From positions 352,001 to 416,000 of the forward strand of contig JAXHLW010000013.1 of the NCBI GenBank assembly GCA_034521815.1: a stretch of 64,000 nucleotides of DNA, read 5' to 3'. The translations under genes and the position numbers were made by a program. A model generated the notes under the pieces. That model did not search any database. It saw only the letters and a list, made by a program, of their open reading frames with translations, and had not been told where the DNA came from. The stretch is from Trueperaceae bacterium. GTDB taxonomy: Bacteria > Deinococcota > Deinococci > Deinococcales > Trueperaceae. Of this stretch, positions 32,658 to 43,653 are shown piece by piece. How positions within the stretch are numbered: position 1 is the stretch's first letter; each line of letters starts with the position of its first letter.

Positions 32658-34497
32658 GTGGATCGGCCTGAGGCGCTGAACGCGAATCCCCTTCTGGCGG
32701 AACGTCAAGACGATCGGCCTGCTCGCTCAGATCGTGTTCGCGGCCGTCGTCATCGCCGGTGTCGTCGTGCTCTGGACGAACGTCACGACTGCGCTCTCGC
32801 GGTCGAACCTGCCGGCCGACTTCGGCTTCCTGGACGCGCGCGCCGGCATCCCCATCGCCGAGCGGCCGATCCCGTACACGCCCCAGGACCCGTACTGGCG
32901 CGCGCTGCTCATCGGCGTCCTCAACACGCTCAAGGTGTCGCTCGTCGGGGTGCTGCTCGCCAGCGTGCTCGGGCGTGGCGGTCGGCGTCGGCCGGCTGAG
33001 CCGCAACTGGCTGCTGCGGCAGATCGCCGACCTGGTACGTGGAGATCCTCCGCAACACGCCGCTGGCCGTGCAGATCATCTTCTGGTTCACCGCGGCGCT
33101 GGCCACGCTGCCGCCGACCATCACCGCGCCGCTCAGACTGCCCGGCGGCGTGTACCTCTCCAACCGCGGACTCGCCTTCCCGTTCGCCTATCCAGGGTTC
33201 GGGTTCGACGCCTGGCTTCCCTGGCTGATCGCCGCGCTCGTCGCGTACGTGGTCGTGATGATCGTTCAGCGCCGCCGCATCGCGCGGTCCGATCGGCCCG
33301 GGCGCGCCTGGCCGCTCGCGCTCCTCGTGCCGTCGGTGGCGCTGGCCGGCGGCGGCTACTACGTGGCGTCGTCGCTGGCGTCGGCACCGCCCGAGGCGCT
33401 CGCGGTCGAGCTGACCCTCGACCGGGGTCGCGGCGTCACGTTCCGCGACGTGAACGGCGACGGGGCGCAGGACCGGGGCGAGCGGAACGTCGGTCACGTG
33501 CCGCTGACCATCCGCATCGAGGAGGGCCTGCTCGAGGCCCGCAGCCAGAACCTCGTCGAGCAGCGACGCGTCAAGGCCAGCACGCTGCGCTTCCCGATCC
33601 TGGAGCAGGGCGAATTCGCCGCGGCCGAGCTGCCGCTTCGTGAACGAGGCGGACGCCGAGCGCTTCGACGTCCACTGGCTCCACGAGCCGACGACCGGTC
33701 GCCTGTACGTGGACCGCAACGGCGACGGCGACTGGGACGCTGGCGAAGAGGTCGGCGAGGACGGCGAGGGATTCACGAACGTCCGGACCGAGCTGGTCGT
33801 GACCGGGTTCGAGCGCCGGGTCGTCTCGGACCGTGACGGCGAGTTCCGCATCCCGGGCTTCGAGCCGCTCGGCGCCTCCGATGCCGTGGGCGACGAGGCC
33901 GAGGAAGAGCGGAGGGGCTTCGGCGTTCGGTCCCGCCTCGTTGTTCGGCGCTCCCGGCGCCTCGGACGACGACGCGGACGCGGACGCTGCGACCCTCGAC
34001 GCCACGGTGACCGTCCGCGGTTCTGGTGACCGCTGGTCTGGAGCACGCCGACGATTCCGGTGTCGAACTACGCGGGCGGCTTCCGCTTCACGCCCAGCTA
34101 CCTGGCGCTGCTGCTGGCGCTGGTGGTCTACACGTCGAGCTTCATCGCCGAGATCGTCCGCGGGGGCATCCAAGCCGTGCCCAACGGTCAGACCGAGGCG
34201 GCCTCGGCGCTGGGCCTGTCGAGCTCGCAGACGTTCAGTCTGATCGTGTTCCCGCAGGCCGTCCGCATCATCCTTCCGCCCATGATCAGTCAGTACCTGA
34301 ACCTGACGAAGAACTCGTCGCTGGGGCCGCTGGCCGCCTACGGCGAGATCTTCGCGATCAGCACGATCGTCGCGAACCAGACCGGCGCCAGCGTTCCCGT
34401 GACGCTGCTGATCATCGGCTCGTACCTGGTGATCAGCTTCGTGTTCGCGTTCGTCCTCAACATCGTGAACGCCCGCATGGCGATCGTGGAGCGCTGA
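32658..34497 (+). pseudogene. aapQ: AapQ-type amino-acid ABC permease (about 610 aa reconstructed) with a large insertion; about 6 frameshifts as given
   Basis: FGFL..RAG, GVLNTL, RLSRNW, YVEILRNTPL, LSNRG, FIAEIVRGGI, GQTEAA.ALGL, YLNLTKNSSL; shifts near 32686, 32971, 33028, 33633, 33925, 34028. Confidence 0.85.
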
Positions 34498-34498
34498 C

Positions 34499-35740
34499 AT
34501 GGAGATGATCCCGTCAGACTTCCGCCGGCGCGCGAGCGCGGCGCCGGTGGCGTGGCTGCGCCGCAACCTGTTCCACGGCCCGGTCAACACCGATCGTCAG
34601 CCTCGTCGTGGGCGCGCTGTTGGTGTACGCCATCTTCGGCCTCGTTCGCTGGATCGTGCTGGGCGGCGCGGCCTGGACGCCCGATGTGGGACAACCTGAA
34701 GCTGCTGGCCGTGTACCGCTACCCCGCCGACCTGCTCTGGCGCCCTATCCTGGCGGTGGGCGTGATCCTGCTACTGCTGGGCCTCGGCGCAGGCCTGTCG
34801 AAGCGGGCGGGGAAGGGCATCATCGCCGGCGGCGTGTTCTGGTGGTTCTCGGGCCTCGGGTTCGTCATCACGCTTGGTGGCCATGGCGTTCTGGCCCTCG
34901 GTGCGCGTGCCGTGGATGATCGTGAGCGGCATGGCGCTCGCCGGCTTCGGATACGTCGCCGGTCTGCGCTTGCCTCGGTCTCGTCCGGGCCCAGGCGTGG
35001 TCGTGGGCGGTCGGCCTGCCGGTCGTGATGATCCTTCTCTACGGCCTCGGCGGAAGCGGGCCGATGGAGGTCGTGAGCACCGTCGAATGGGGCGGGTTCC
35101 TTCTCACCCTGGTGCTCGCCGGCGTCGGGATCGCCGTGTCGTTCCCGCTGGGCATCGCGCTGGCGCTGGGGCGCCGGAGCGACCTGCCGGCGATCAAGTG
35201 GTTCTGCATCGCCGTGATCGAGCTCGTCCGGGGCGCTCCACTGATCACCTGGCTGTTCATCGCGTCGCTGATGGTGCCGCTGCTGCTGGACGTCAGCCCC
35301 GACAGCGATCCCGGCGCTCTCGCGCGCGCTGGTCGCGATCACCCTGTTCAGCTCGGCGTACATGGCCGAGAACGTGCGCGGAGGCTTGCAGTCCGTTCCC
35401 GGCGGTCAGGGCGAGGCCGCCCGCGCCCTGGGCCTGTCCGGCTGGCAGACCACCCGACTGATCGTGCTTGCCCCAGGCGCTGCGCGCCGTGATCCCCGCC
35501 ATCGTCGGGCAGTCCATCGGGTTGTTCAAGGACACGTCGCTCGTGTTCATCGTCGGCCTGTTCGACTTCTTCGAGATCGGCCGGCGCGTGATCCCCAGCC
35601 AGCCCGACTCGCTGCAGTACGCTGGCGGCGTGTTGCTCGAGGTCTCGCTGTTCATGGCCGCCGTATACTGGTTCTTCTGCTACCGTATGTCGATGGCCAG
35701 CAGGCAGCTCGAGAAGGAACTCGGGGTCGGCGAACGCTGA
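34499..35740 (+). pseudogene. aapM: AapM-type amino-acid ABC permease, about 6 frameshifts as given
   Basis: [49 protein letters not shown]; shifts near 34591, 34680, 34875, 34978, 35307, 35468. Confidence 0.85.
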
Positions 35741-35775
35741 CCCGCATCAGGGCGGTCCCGCCCGAGGAGGTACCC

Positions 35776-36558
35776 GTGACCGAAACCGCGACGATCCCCC
35801 GGGCGGAAGCCCACGCACCCGAAGGCGGCGAGAGGATCATCGAGATCGACGGCCTGAACAAGTGGTTCGGCGACTTCCACGTGCTCAAGGACATCGACAT
35901 GTCGGTGAACCGCGGCGAGGTGGTCGTCGTGATCGGTCCGTCCGGATCGGGCAAGTCCACCCTGATCCGCTGCATCAACCGCCTCGAGGAGCATCAGGAA
36001 GGCATGATCGCGGTGGACGGCACGCAACTGACCGACGACGTCCGCAACATCGACCTGATCCGCCGCGAGACCGGGATGGTGTTCCAGCAGTTCAACCTGT
36101 TCCCGCACCTGACGGTCATGGACAACATCACTCTGGCGCCCATCCGGGTGCGCAAGTGGAAGAAGTCGAAGGCCGAAGAGCGCGCGATGTACTTCCTCGA
36201 GAAGGTCGGCATCCCCGAGCAGGCGCAGAAGTACCCCGGCCAGCTGTCCGGAGGTCAGCAGCAGCGCGTCGCCATCGCGCGGGCATTGACGATGGAGCCG
36301 AAGGTGATGCTGTTCGACGAGCCGACCAGCGCCCTCGATCCCGAGGTGATCGGCGAGGTGCTCGAGGTGATGGTGAACCTCGCCAAGGAGGGGATGACGA
36401 TGGTGGTCGTCACCCACGAGATGGGGTTCGCTCGCGAGGTGGGTGACCGGGTGATCTTCATGGACGCCGGTCAGATCGTCGAGGTCGGCACGCCCGAGCA
36501 CTTCTTCCAGGATCCCAGCGAGGAGCGCACCCGCGAGTTCCTGTCCAAGATCCTCTGA
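35776..36558 (+). CDS. aapP: Polar amino-acid ABC transporter ATP-binding protein (intact)
   Basis: [49 protein letters not shown]. Confidence 0.93.
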   Translation: MTETATIPRAEAHAPEGGERIIEIDGLNKWFGDFHVLKDIDMSVNRGEVVVVIGPSGSGKSTLIRCINRLEEHQEGMIAVDGTQLTDDVRNIDLIRRETGMVFQQFNLFPHLTVMDNITLAPIRVRKWKKSKAEERAMYFLEKVGIPEQAQKYPGQLSGGQQQRVAIARALTMEPKVMLFDEPTSALDPEVIGEVLEVMVNLAKEGMTMVVVTHEMGFAREVGDRVIFMDAGQIVEVGTPEHFFQDPSEERTREFLSKIL

Positions 36559-36649
36559 TCCAAGATCCTTCGAGGCGCGATGTCTCACAGCCTGGGAGCC
36601 CGTCGCGGGCCTATGCTGGGGCCGAACGACGCTTCCTAGGAGGACGACC

Positions 36650-37807
<1,158 letters not shown>

Positions 37808-37833
37808 CCGGATCCCGCCGTCCGACGAGGACC

Positions 37834-39189
37834 TCAGCTCCAGGACGGAACGCCCGGCGTCCACGGCTTGGCGCGCACCACCGCGCCGCGCAGATCGTAC
37901 GCGCCGGCCTCGTCGATCCGAACGACGACGCGGTCGCCGATCTTCGCCGTTCCGTCGCCCACGGCGGTGACCGTGCCGTCGACGTCGGGAGCGTCGTACA
38001 CGCTTCGTCCGACGACCTCCCCGGGAAGCTCGCCGTAGGCGTCGATGATCACGTCCAGCTCGCGGCCCATCTTGGCCGCCTGAATCGAGGCCGAGACCCG
38101 CTGCTGCGCCGCCATGACGCGCTCCCGACGCTCAAAGCGAAGCGCTTCGGGGACGGCGCCCGGAAGATCGTTCGCAGCGGCGCCCGCGACCTCGCTGTAC
38201 GCGAACACGCCCACCCGGTCGAGCCTGGCCTCGCGCAGGAACGCGATCAGCAGCTCGACGTCCTCCTCGGTCTCGCCGGGGAAGCCGGTGATGAACGTCG
38301 ACCGGATCGCCAGGTCGGGACGGACCGAGCGCCACGCCTGGATCGTGTCCAGGTGGCTCTCGGCGCCGCCGGGTCGGCGCATCGCGCGCAGCACGCGGGG
38401 GCTGGCGTGCTGCAGCGGCACGTCGAGGTAGGGGAGCAGCGCCCCTTCGGCCATGAGCGCGACGAGCTCCTGCACGTGAGGATAGGGGTAGACGTAGTGC
38501 AGCCGCAGCCACACGTCCAGCTTCGCCAGCTCGCCGACCAGCGGCACCAGACGGGCGGCCACGTCGCGGTCCGCGAAGCGGCTCTCGCGGTGGCGCAGAT
38601 CGGTGCCGTAGGCGCTGGTGTTCTGCGCGATGACGACCAGCTCCCGAGTGCCCGTGGCCACCAGCCGGGTCGCCTCGCTCAGGACGTCGGCCGCGTCCCG
38701 GCTCCGCTGCAGGCCACGCATCTGCGGGATGATGCAGAACGCGCAGGTGTGATCGCACCCCTCGGCGATCTTCAGGTAAGCGTAGTGCCGGGGCGTCAGC
38801 TTGACGCCGCGGGGCGGCGGCGCCAAGCGAACGAACGGGTGGCGCTCGGGCGGCAGCAGCTCGCCCACCGCACGCATCACGCCGTCCACGTCGCCTTCTC
38901 CCGTCACCGCGGACACCTGCGGATGGCGTTCGCGGATCGTGTCCGGCTTCTCGCCCAGGCAGCCGGTGACGACCACCCGGCCGGTCCGGTCGAGCGCCTC
39001 GCCGATGGCGTCCAGCGACTCCTCGACCGCCGGCGTGATGAAGCCGCAGGTGTTCACCACCACGACCTCCGCGTCCTCGTAGCTCGGAACCAGCTCGTAG
39101 CCGGCGGTGCGGAGCTCCGTCAGGATGCGCTCGCTGTCGACGAGAGCCTTCGGGCATCCCAGGCTCACGAATCCGATCTTTCCGCTCAC
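37834..39189 (-). CDS. rimO: Ribosomal protein S12 methylthiotransferase
   Basis: SLGCPKALVDSE, NTCGFI, KIAEGCDHTCAFC, C-terminal TRAM (DAPDVDG). Confidence 0.96.
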   Translation of the reverse strand: MSGKIGFVSLGCPKALVDSERILTELRTAGYELVPSYEDAEVVVVNTCGFITPAVEESLDAIGEALDRTGRVVVTGCLGEKPDTIRERHPQVSAVTGEGDVDGVMRAVGELLPPERHPFVRLAPPPRGVKLTPRHYAYLKIAEGCDHTCAFCIIPQMRGLQRSRDAADVLSEATRLVATGTRELVVIAQNTSAYGTDLRHRESRFADRDVAARLVPLVGELAKLDVWLRLHYVYPYPHVQELVALMAEGALLPYLDVPLQHASPRVLRAMRRPGGAESHLDTIQAWRSVRPDLAIRSTFITGFPGETEEDVELLIAFLREARLDRVGVFAYSEVAGAAANDLPGAVPEALRFERRERVMAAQQRVSASIQAAKMGRELDVIIDAYGELPGEVVGRSVYDAPDVDGTVTAVGDGTAKIGDRVVVRIDEAGAYDLRGAVVRAKPWTPGVPSWS

Positions 39190-40448
39190 GAGATCGGATC
39201 ATACCGCGGTGCCCGCTCGCGCCGGGTGGCGTCGGAGCGGCGTCGCAGCGTCGACCTGAGCCGGCCTGCCAGGTAGAACGAGCCGGTCACGATCAGCGTG
39301 CCATCCGGCGGCAGCGCGTCCAGCGCAGCGGCCAGCGCGACCTCGGCGTCGGCGACGAACGCCGGATCGTCGCCCCAGGGACGCTCACCCGAGATCGCAG
39401 CGGTGAGCGTCGTTCGCGGCGCATGCGCGAACACGGCCCGGATCCGTTCGGCGTCCTTGCGACGCGCGACGCCCAGCAGCAGGTGCGCACCCGCCGGCGC
39501 CTCGGCCGCCAGCGCGAGCGCTGCCGACGGGTTGTGGGCGCCGTCCAGGAGCACGCTGCGGCCACGGTCCAGCATGAAGCGCTCACGCCGGGCGGGCAGC
39601 CGCGGGTCGTCGACGGCGGCGCGCAGCGCGCGCCGCTCGGGCTCGGGACCGAGCCTGAGCGACCGCAGTGTCGCCAGCGCCAGCCTGGCGCCGACGTCGC
39701 GGGTTCCGGCGGACGCAGCAGGCGCCCCCTCGGGCCGGTCGAACGCCGGACCTCCGTCGGACAGCACGTGAAGGGGCGAGCCCCGCCGCGCCGCGACCGT
39801 GCGAACGACGGCCAGCGGCGTGCCGGTCGCACCGGTGACGACGGGAACGCCCGGTCGGATCGCCTCCGCCTTGTCGCGGGCGACGTCGACCAGGTCGGGG
39901 CCGAGCTGGTCCAGATGGTCCTCGGCCACGTTCGTGATCACCGTGGCGCGCACGTTCGAGATCGCGAGCGTGGCGTCCCTGGCGGCGCCGACGCCGGCCT
40001 CCAGCACGGCCCAATCGGCGCCGCGTCGGTGCGCCACGTCCAAAGCCATGGCGGTCGCGAGCTCGAAGAACGCCGCCGGAGGATCCGGCTCGTCGCGCCA
40101 CGCGCGCGCCAGGAACGAAAGCAGCTCGTCGTCGCGCAGCGGCTCGCCCGCCACCTCGATGCGCTCGTGGAACCGTTCGACGTGCGGCGACAGGTAGCGG
40201 AGGGGCGTCGCGCCGGCCGCCTGCAGCCCGGCCGCGATCCGGGCCGCCACCGATCCTTTGCCGTTCGTGCCGACGACGTGCACGACGGCGGCGGGATCGG
40301 GCACCCCGAGACGGTCCAGGAGCCTGCGCGTGCGGGCCGGATCGCGCGGCGCGCCGCGCCGAGTCCGGGCGTAGAGGCGATCGAGCGCGGCCTGCACCTC
40401 GCCGTGCGAGCGATCGGCAGCGCGGCCGGGTCGACGCCGGGCCGTCAC
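39186..40448 (-). CDS. folC: Folylpolyglutamate/dihydrofolate synthase
   Basis: GTNGKGS, SPH..ERI, FFE, LEAGVG, DGAHN, TGSFYL. Confidence 0.9.
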   Translation of the reverse strand: MTARRRPGRAADRSHGEVQAALDRLYARTRRGAPRDPARTRRLLDRLGVPDPAAVVHVVGTNGKGSVAARIAAGLQAAGATPLRYLSPHVERFHERIEVAGEPLRDDELLSFLARAWRDEPDPPAAFFELATAMALDVAHRRGADWAVLEAGVGAARDATLAISNVRATVITNVAEDHLDQLGPDLVDVARDKAEAIRPGVPVVTGATGTPLAVVRTVAARRGSPLHVLSDGGPAFDRPEGAPAASAGTRDVGARLALATLRSLRLGPEPERRALRAAVDDPRLPARRERFMLDRGRSVLLDGAHNPSAALALAAEAPAGAHLLLGVARRKDAERIRAVFAHAPRTTLTAAISGERPWGDDPAFVADAEVALAAALDALPPDGTLIVTGSFYLAGRLRSTLRRRSDATRRERAPRYDPIS

Positions 40449-41152
40449 CTGTCCTTGCCGGAACGGGAACGCCCGCCGCGACCCCGGCGCCGCCGGCGAC
40501 GCTTGCTGCGCTTCTTGGCGCCGCTAAGGCCCTCCTCGGCGTCCCAGCCCGGAAGCTCGTTCGCCTGGGCGATCTTGACGAGCACGGCGTCGACCAGGCC
40601 GTCCGGCGTGCGTTGCGTGAACTTGAGGATCGCGTGCGGCGACTGGGCGTCCACCCAGATCCAGCTGCCCCCCGGGTGGAGCTGGTAGGCGCGAGCCCGC
40701 TTGGTCCCCAGCTCCGTGGCCAGCTCGACCTCGCCCAACGCCCGCGCCTCGACGACCTTGCCGAGCATCGGGATGCGGATCCGCGGCGCGCCTGGATCGG
40801 CTCGCCGCAGCTCGCGGAGCATCGAGAGCGGATCGCGGAACGATTCCAGGTACGGCGTCTCGGCCAGCTCGTCGCCGCGTCGCATGCGGACCAGGCCGTC
40901 GTCCTCGTCGAACTCGATCCGCGTGCGCCGTTCGCCGCTGCGGTCGTGCGTCGTCTCGCGGAACTCGCGGCTGGTCATCAGGTCCGCGTGGCACCGACTC
41001 AGTTGCAGCACGCGCGCGGGGCCGAGCGGCCCCTCGAACGTCGCGTCGCCCTCCAAGCGGGCGTCCCTACCCTCGTCCTTGCTTCGCAGGACGTGCCGGC
41101 CAGCCGGCACGCCCCGAACTTCCAGGCGGTAGTCGAGAACCTCGACGGACAC
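40445..41152 (-). CDS. Hypothetical beta-rich protein (DUF3108-like) with an Arg-rich C-terminal tail
   Basis: Credible protein sequence, D.LSML..LR motif; GTG 6 nt after TGcTACGCT; stop overlaps the folC start. Confidence 0.6.
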   Translation of the reverse strand: MSVEVLDYRLEVRGVPAGRHVLRSKDEGRDARLEGDATFEGPLGPARVLQLSRCHADLMTSREFRETTHDRSGERRTRIEFDEDDGLVRMRRGDELAETPYLESFRDPLSMLRELRRADPGAPRIRIPMLGKVVEARALGEVELATELGTKRARAYQLHPGGSWIWVDAQSPHAILKFTQRTPDGLVDAVLVKIAQANELPGWDAEEGLSGAKKRSKRRRRRRGRGGRSRSGKDR

Positions 41153-41247
41153 GACGGAAGCGTAGCACGACGGGGTTCTCGCCACGTTCCTTCGGGCGGC
41201 GTGCGTCGCGAGCCCGGGCTCGACGCTGGAGGCCTTACGCTGGACGC

Positions 41248-42720
41248 ATGACGAGATTGGATCGGGCCGGCCCTCTGGCGGCCATGCTCGTGGCGCTGAC
41301 GATGCTGTCCGGCTGCCTGCCTCTTCCCGACGTCCGGCCGACCACCGCGCCGCTGGACGTCCTCTGGCGGGTGGCGCCGTCGGACGTCCCGTCGTGGACC
41401 GTCCGCGTCGCCGGCGTGGACGTGCCGTCGACGCCCTCTCGCTACGACGCGCAGACCACGCTGCGCTGGGGTCTGAGCGAGCCCGTGGACACGATCGTGA
41501 TCGCGGTTCCAGGCCTGTTCGGAGGAGCCGCCCAGTTCGGACCGTTGGCCAGGCGCCTGGTGGCCGGCGTGCCCGGATTGCAGGTCTGGGCCGTCGATCG
41601 GCGCGCCAATGCGCTCGAGGACCTCGCTCCCGCCCACGAGGCGTGGGCGCGGAGCGACACGGAGCTCCTGACGCGCACCTACCTCGGCACGGAGGACGCC
41701 GCACCGACCTTCCGCGCCCCGGACCGAGACGCCTTCGCGTTCGTCGCCGACTGGGGGCTGGCGACGCACCTCGCCGATCTCGACGCGGTGGTGCGCGAGG
41801 CGCGAGCCGAGGCGCCTCGCGTCGTCCTGCTGGGGCACTCGCTGGGGGCCAGTCAGGTGGCGTTGTACTCGGCCTGGAAAGGTCCCGAGGGCTCGGGGCG
41901 CCAGCCGATCGACGGTCTGGTGCTCGTCGACGGCGCACCCGGGCGTACCGGGGCGTACGGGTACCCGCGCGGCTTCCGGCTGTTCGGCATTCCCGTGGTG
42001 CTGCCGTCCAGGGAGGCGGTCGAGGAGGGCAGGGCGGCTCCGTGGACGACCCTGGGCGAGGGAGGAGCGACCTACGCCCGGAGGCTCGCCTCGGCGATGC
42101 TGGCCGCGATGGCTCCCGACCAGCCCGCCCCTGCCGCCGCGGGCGACGTGCCGATGACGAACCGGGCGTTCGCCGGCATCGTTCACGACGACCAGTACGG
42201 AGCGTTCCGCGTGCACTCGGCCTCGCTGGGCGAGGCGGTGAACGCCGAGCTGGACGGCAACGTCTTCGCCGTGCTGGTCGGAGGGCTATGGGCCGGCCGG
42301 AGCGGCAGCGTCGTCGGCGTGGCGGAGGGGGCGGAGCGCGTCGACTGGGGTCCTGGCGACCCGCGCTACGAACGGACCGACTTCGCGGAGTACCTGCGGA
42401 TCTGGACCGGACCGGACGTCGACGCCGCGGAGTGGTACGTGCCGACCACACTGCTCTTGGACCTCGCGGCGCTGTCGCCGGATCTCGCGGACGAAGACGA
42501 CTACGTTCCGATGCGCGAGGTCGCGACGCCGACCCTGGCGGTCGGAAGCGACCGAGGGCTGCTGCGCGACGTAGACGCGTTCGGCGGGTACGCCGAGCAG
42601 CGGCTCGGCGCGCCGCTGACGGTGACGATCCTGTCCGGTCTCACCCACGTCGACATCCTCACCGCGCGCGACAACCCGCTGGTACCGCTGTTGGCGCGCT
42701 GGGTGACGTTGCTGCCGTAG
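41248..42720 (+). CDS. Lipoprotein alpha/beta-hydrolase
   Basis: Lipobox LSGC, nucleophile elbow GHSLG, C-terminal THVD. Confidence 0.8.
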   Translation: MTRLDRAGPLAAMLVALTMLSGCLPLPDVRPTTAPLDVLWRVAPSDVPSWTVRVAGVDVPSTPSRYDAQTTLRWGLSEPVDTIVIAVPGLFGGAAQFGPLARRLVAGVPGLQVWAVDRRANALEDLAPAHEAWARSDTELLTRTYLGTEDAAPTFRAPDRDAFAFVADWGLATHLADLDAVVREARAEAPRVVLLGHSLGASQVALYSAWKGPEGSGRQPIDGLVLVDGAPGRTGAYGYPRGFRLFGIPVVLPSREAVEEGRAAPWTTLGEGGATYARRLASAMLAAMAPDQPAPAAAGDVPMTNRAFAGIVHDDQYGAFRVHSASLGEAVNAELDGNVFAVLVGGLWAGRSGSVVGVAEGAERVDWGPGDPRYERTDFAEYLRIWTGPDVDAAEWYVPTTLLLDLAALSPDLADEDDYVPMREVATPTLAVGSDRGLLRDVDAFGGYAEQRLGAPLTVTILSGLTHVDILTARDNPLVPLLARWVTLLP

Positions 42721-42754
42721 CGGGCGGTCGCTGTCCGGCCCGGCCCGACCGTGG

Positions 42755-43600
42755 TCATCGTCCGACCGTCGCCCGTTCGAGGTGCGGACGCGCCATCCGG
42801 AGCGCCTCGCCGATCGCCTCGCGGATCTGAACGATCCGCTGGGCGCGCGGTCGGGCGCCCGCGTCTTCGAACAGGGCGCGGTGAATCTCGATCGAGACGG
42901 TGGGCACCGCGCCGGCCGGGTCCCACGCACCGTAGCGCCGCTGGATCTCACCGTGCGCGAACGGATCGTTGATCCGCACGCCGTGCGGAACGCCGTCCTG
43001 GCCCAGCGGAAGGCGGGCGGCGAGCGTCGTTTCCAGCGCCGACGCGAGGGCGCGCGCCGCAGCGCCGGGAAGGCTGACGGGGCCGTCCTCCGGCTCGCCG
43101 TCCGGACCCCCACCGGTGATGAGCGACGCGGCCGGACGCGGCCGCCCCGCGTCCGGGCCCAGGGCGGGGCCGTCCGCCACCATGCTGTGCCCGTCGACGA
43201 CGGCGAGGGGACGCTCGCGCTGGAGCTCGCGCCGAACCTGAGCGTGGAACGGATCGTAGTAGCGGCGCAGCCGTTCCTCGATCCGCTCCCCGTCCGGCTC
43301 GCCGCCCGCTGGGTAGAGCGGACGCTTGGCGAAGTCGGTGGTCTTCACGACGCCGTTCGGACCGACGTCGTCGCGAGCGCGATTCAGGTCCACCACGAAC
43401 CTCGACACCGTGGCCGTCACGAAGCGTGCGCCCGGCAGCCGGAACAGCTCGTCGGTGCTCGGGTCGCCGTCGCGCCTGAGCCGCTCCAGCAGGTCCGAGC
43501 GCGTCGCGTCGTCGTGAACGTCGTCGCCGAGCATCTCCGCGAGAATCTCGAGCGGCACGGTCGCAGCGTGGTGCGGAACGGTGATCAGGAGGTCGCGCAT
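42755..43600 (-). CDS. N-formylglutamate amidohydrolase family protein
   Basis: TVPH, D..TD, SRFVVDLNR, YYDPFH, DGHSM, IEIHR. Confidence 0.88.
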   Translation of the reverse strand: MRDLLITVPHHAATVPLEILAEMLGDDVHDDATRSDLLERLRRDGDPSTDELFRLPGARFVTATVSRFVVDLNRARDDVGPNGVVKTTDFAKRPLYPAGGEPDGERIEERLRRYYDPFHAQVRRELQRERPLAVVDGHSMVADGPALGPDAGRPRPAASLITGGGPDGEPEDGPVSLPGAAARALASALETTLAARLPLGQDGVPHGVRINDPFAHGEIQRRYGAWDPAGAVPTVSIEIHRALFEDAGARPRAQRIVQIREAIGEALRMARPHLERATVGR

Positions 43601-43653
43601 GCGCCAGCCTACCGGGCAGGGCGCGCGCTGGGGTCGGTCGGGTACGCTGTCGC

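Noticed and set aside
31411-35740. Programmed frameshifting or phase variation in aapJQM
   Set aside because: Too many sites, no shared slippery sequence or long homopolymers; consensus error is more parsimonious
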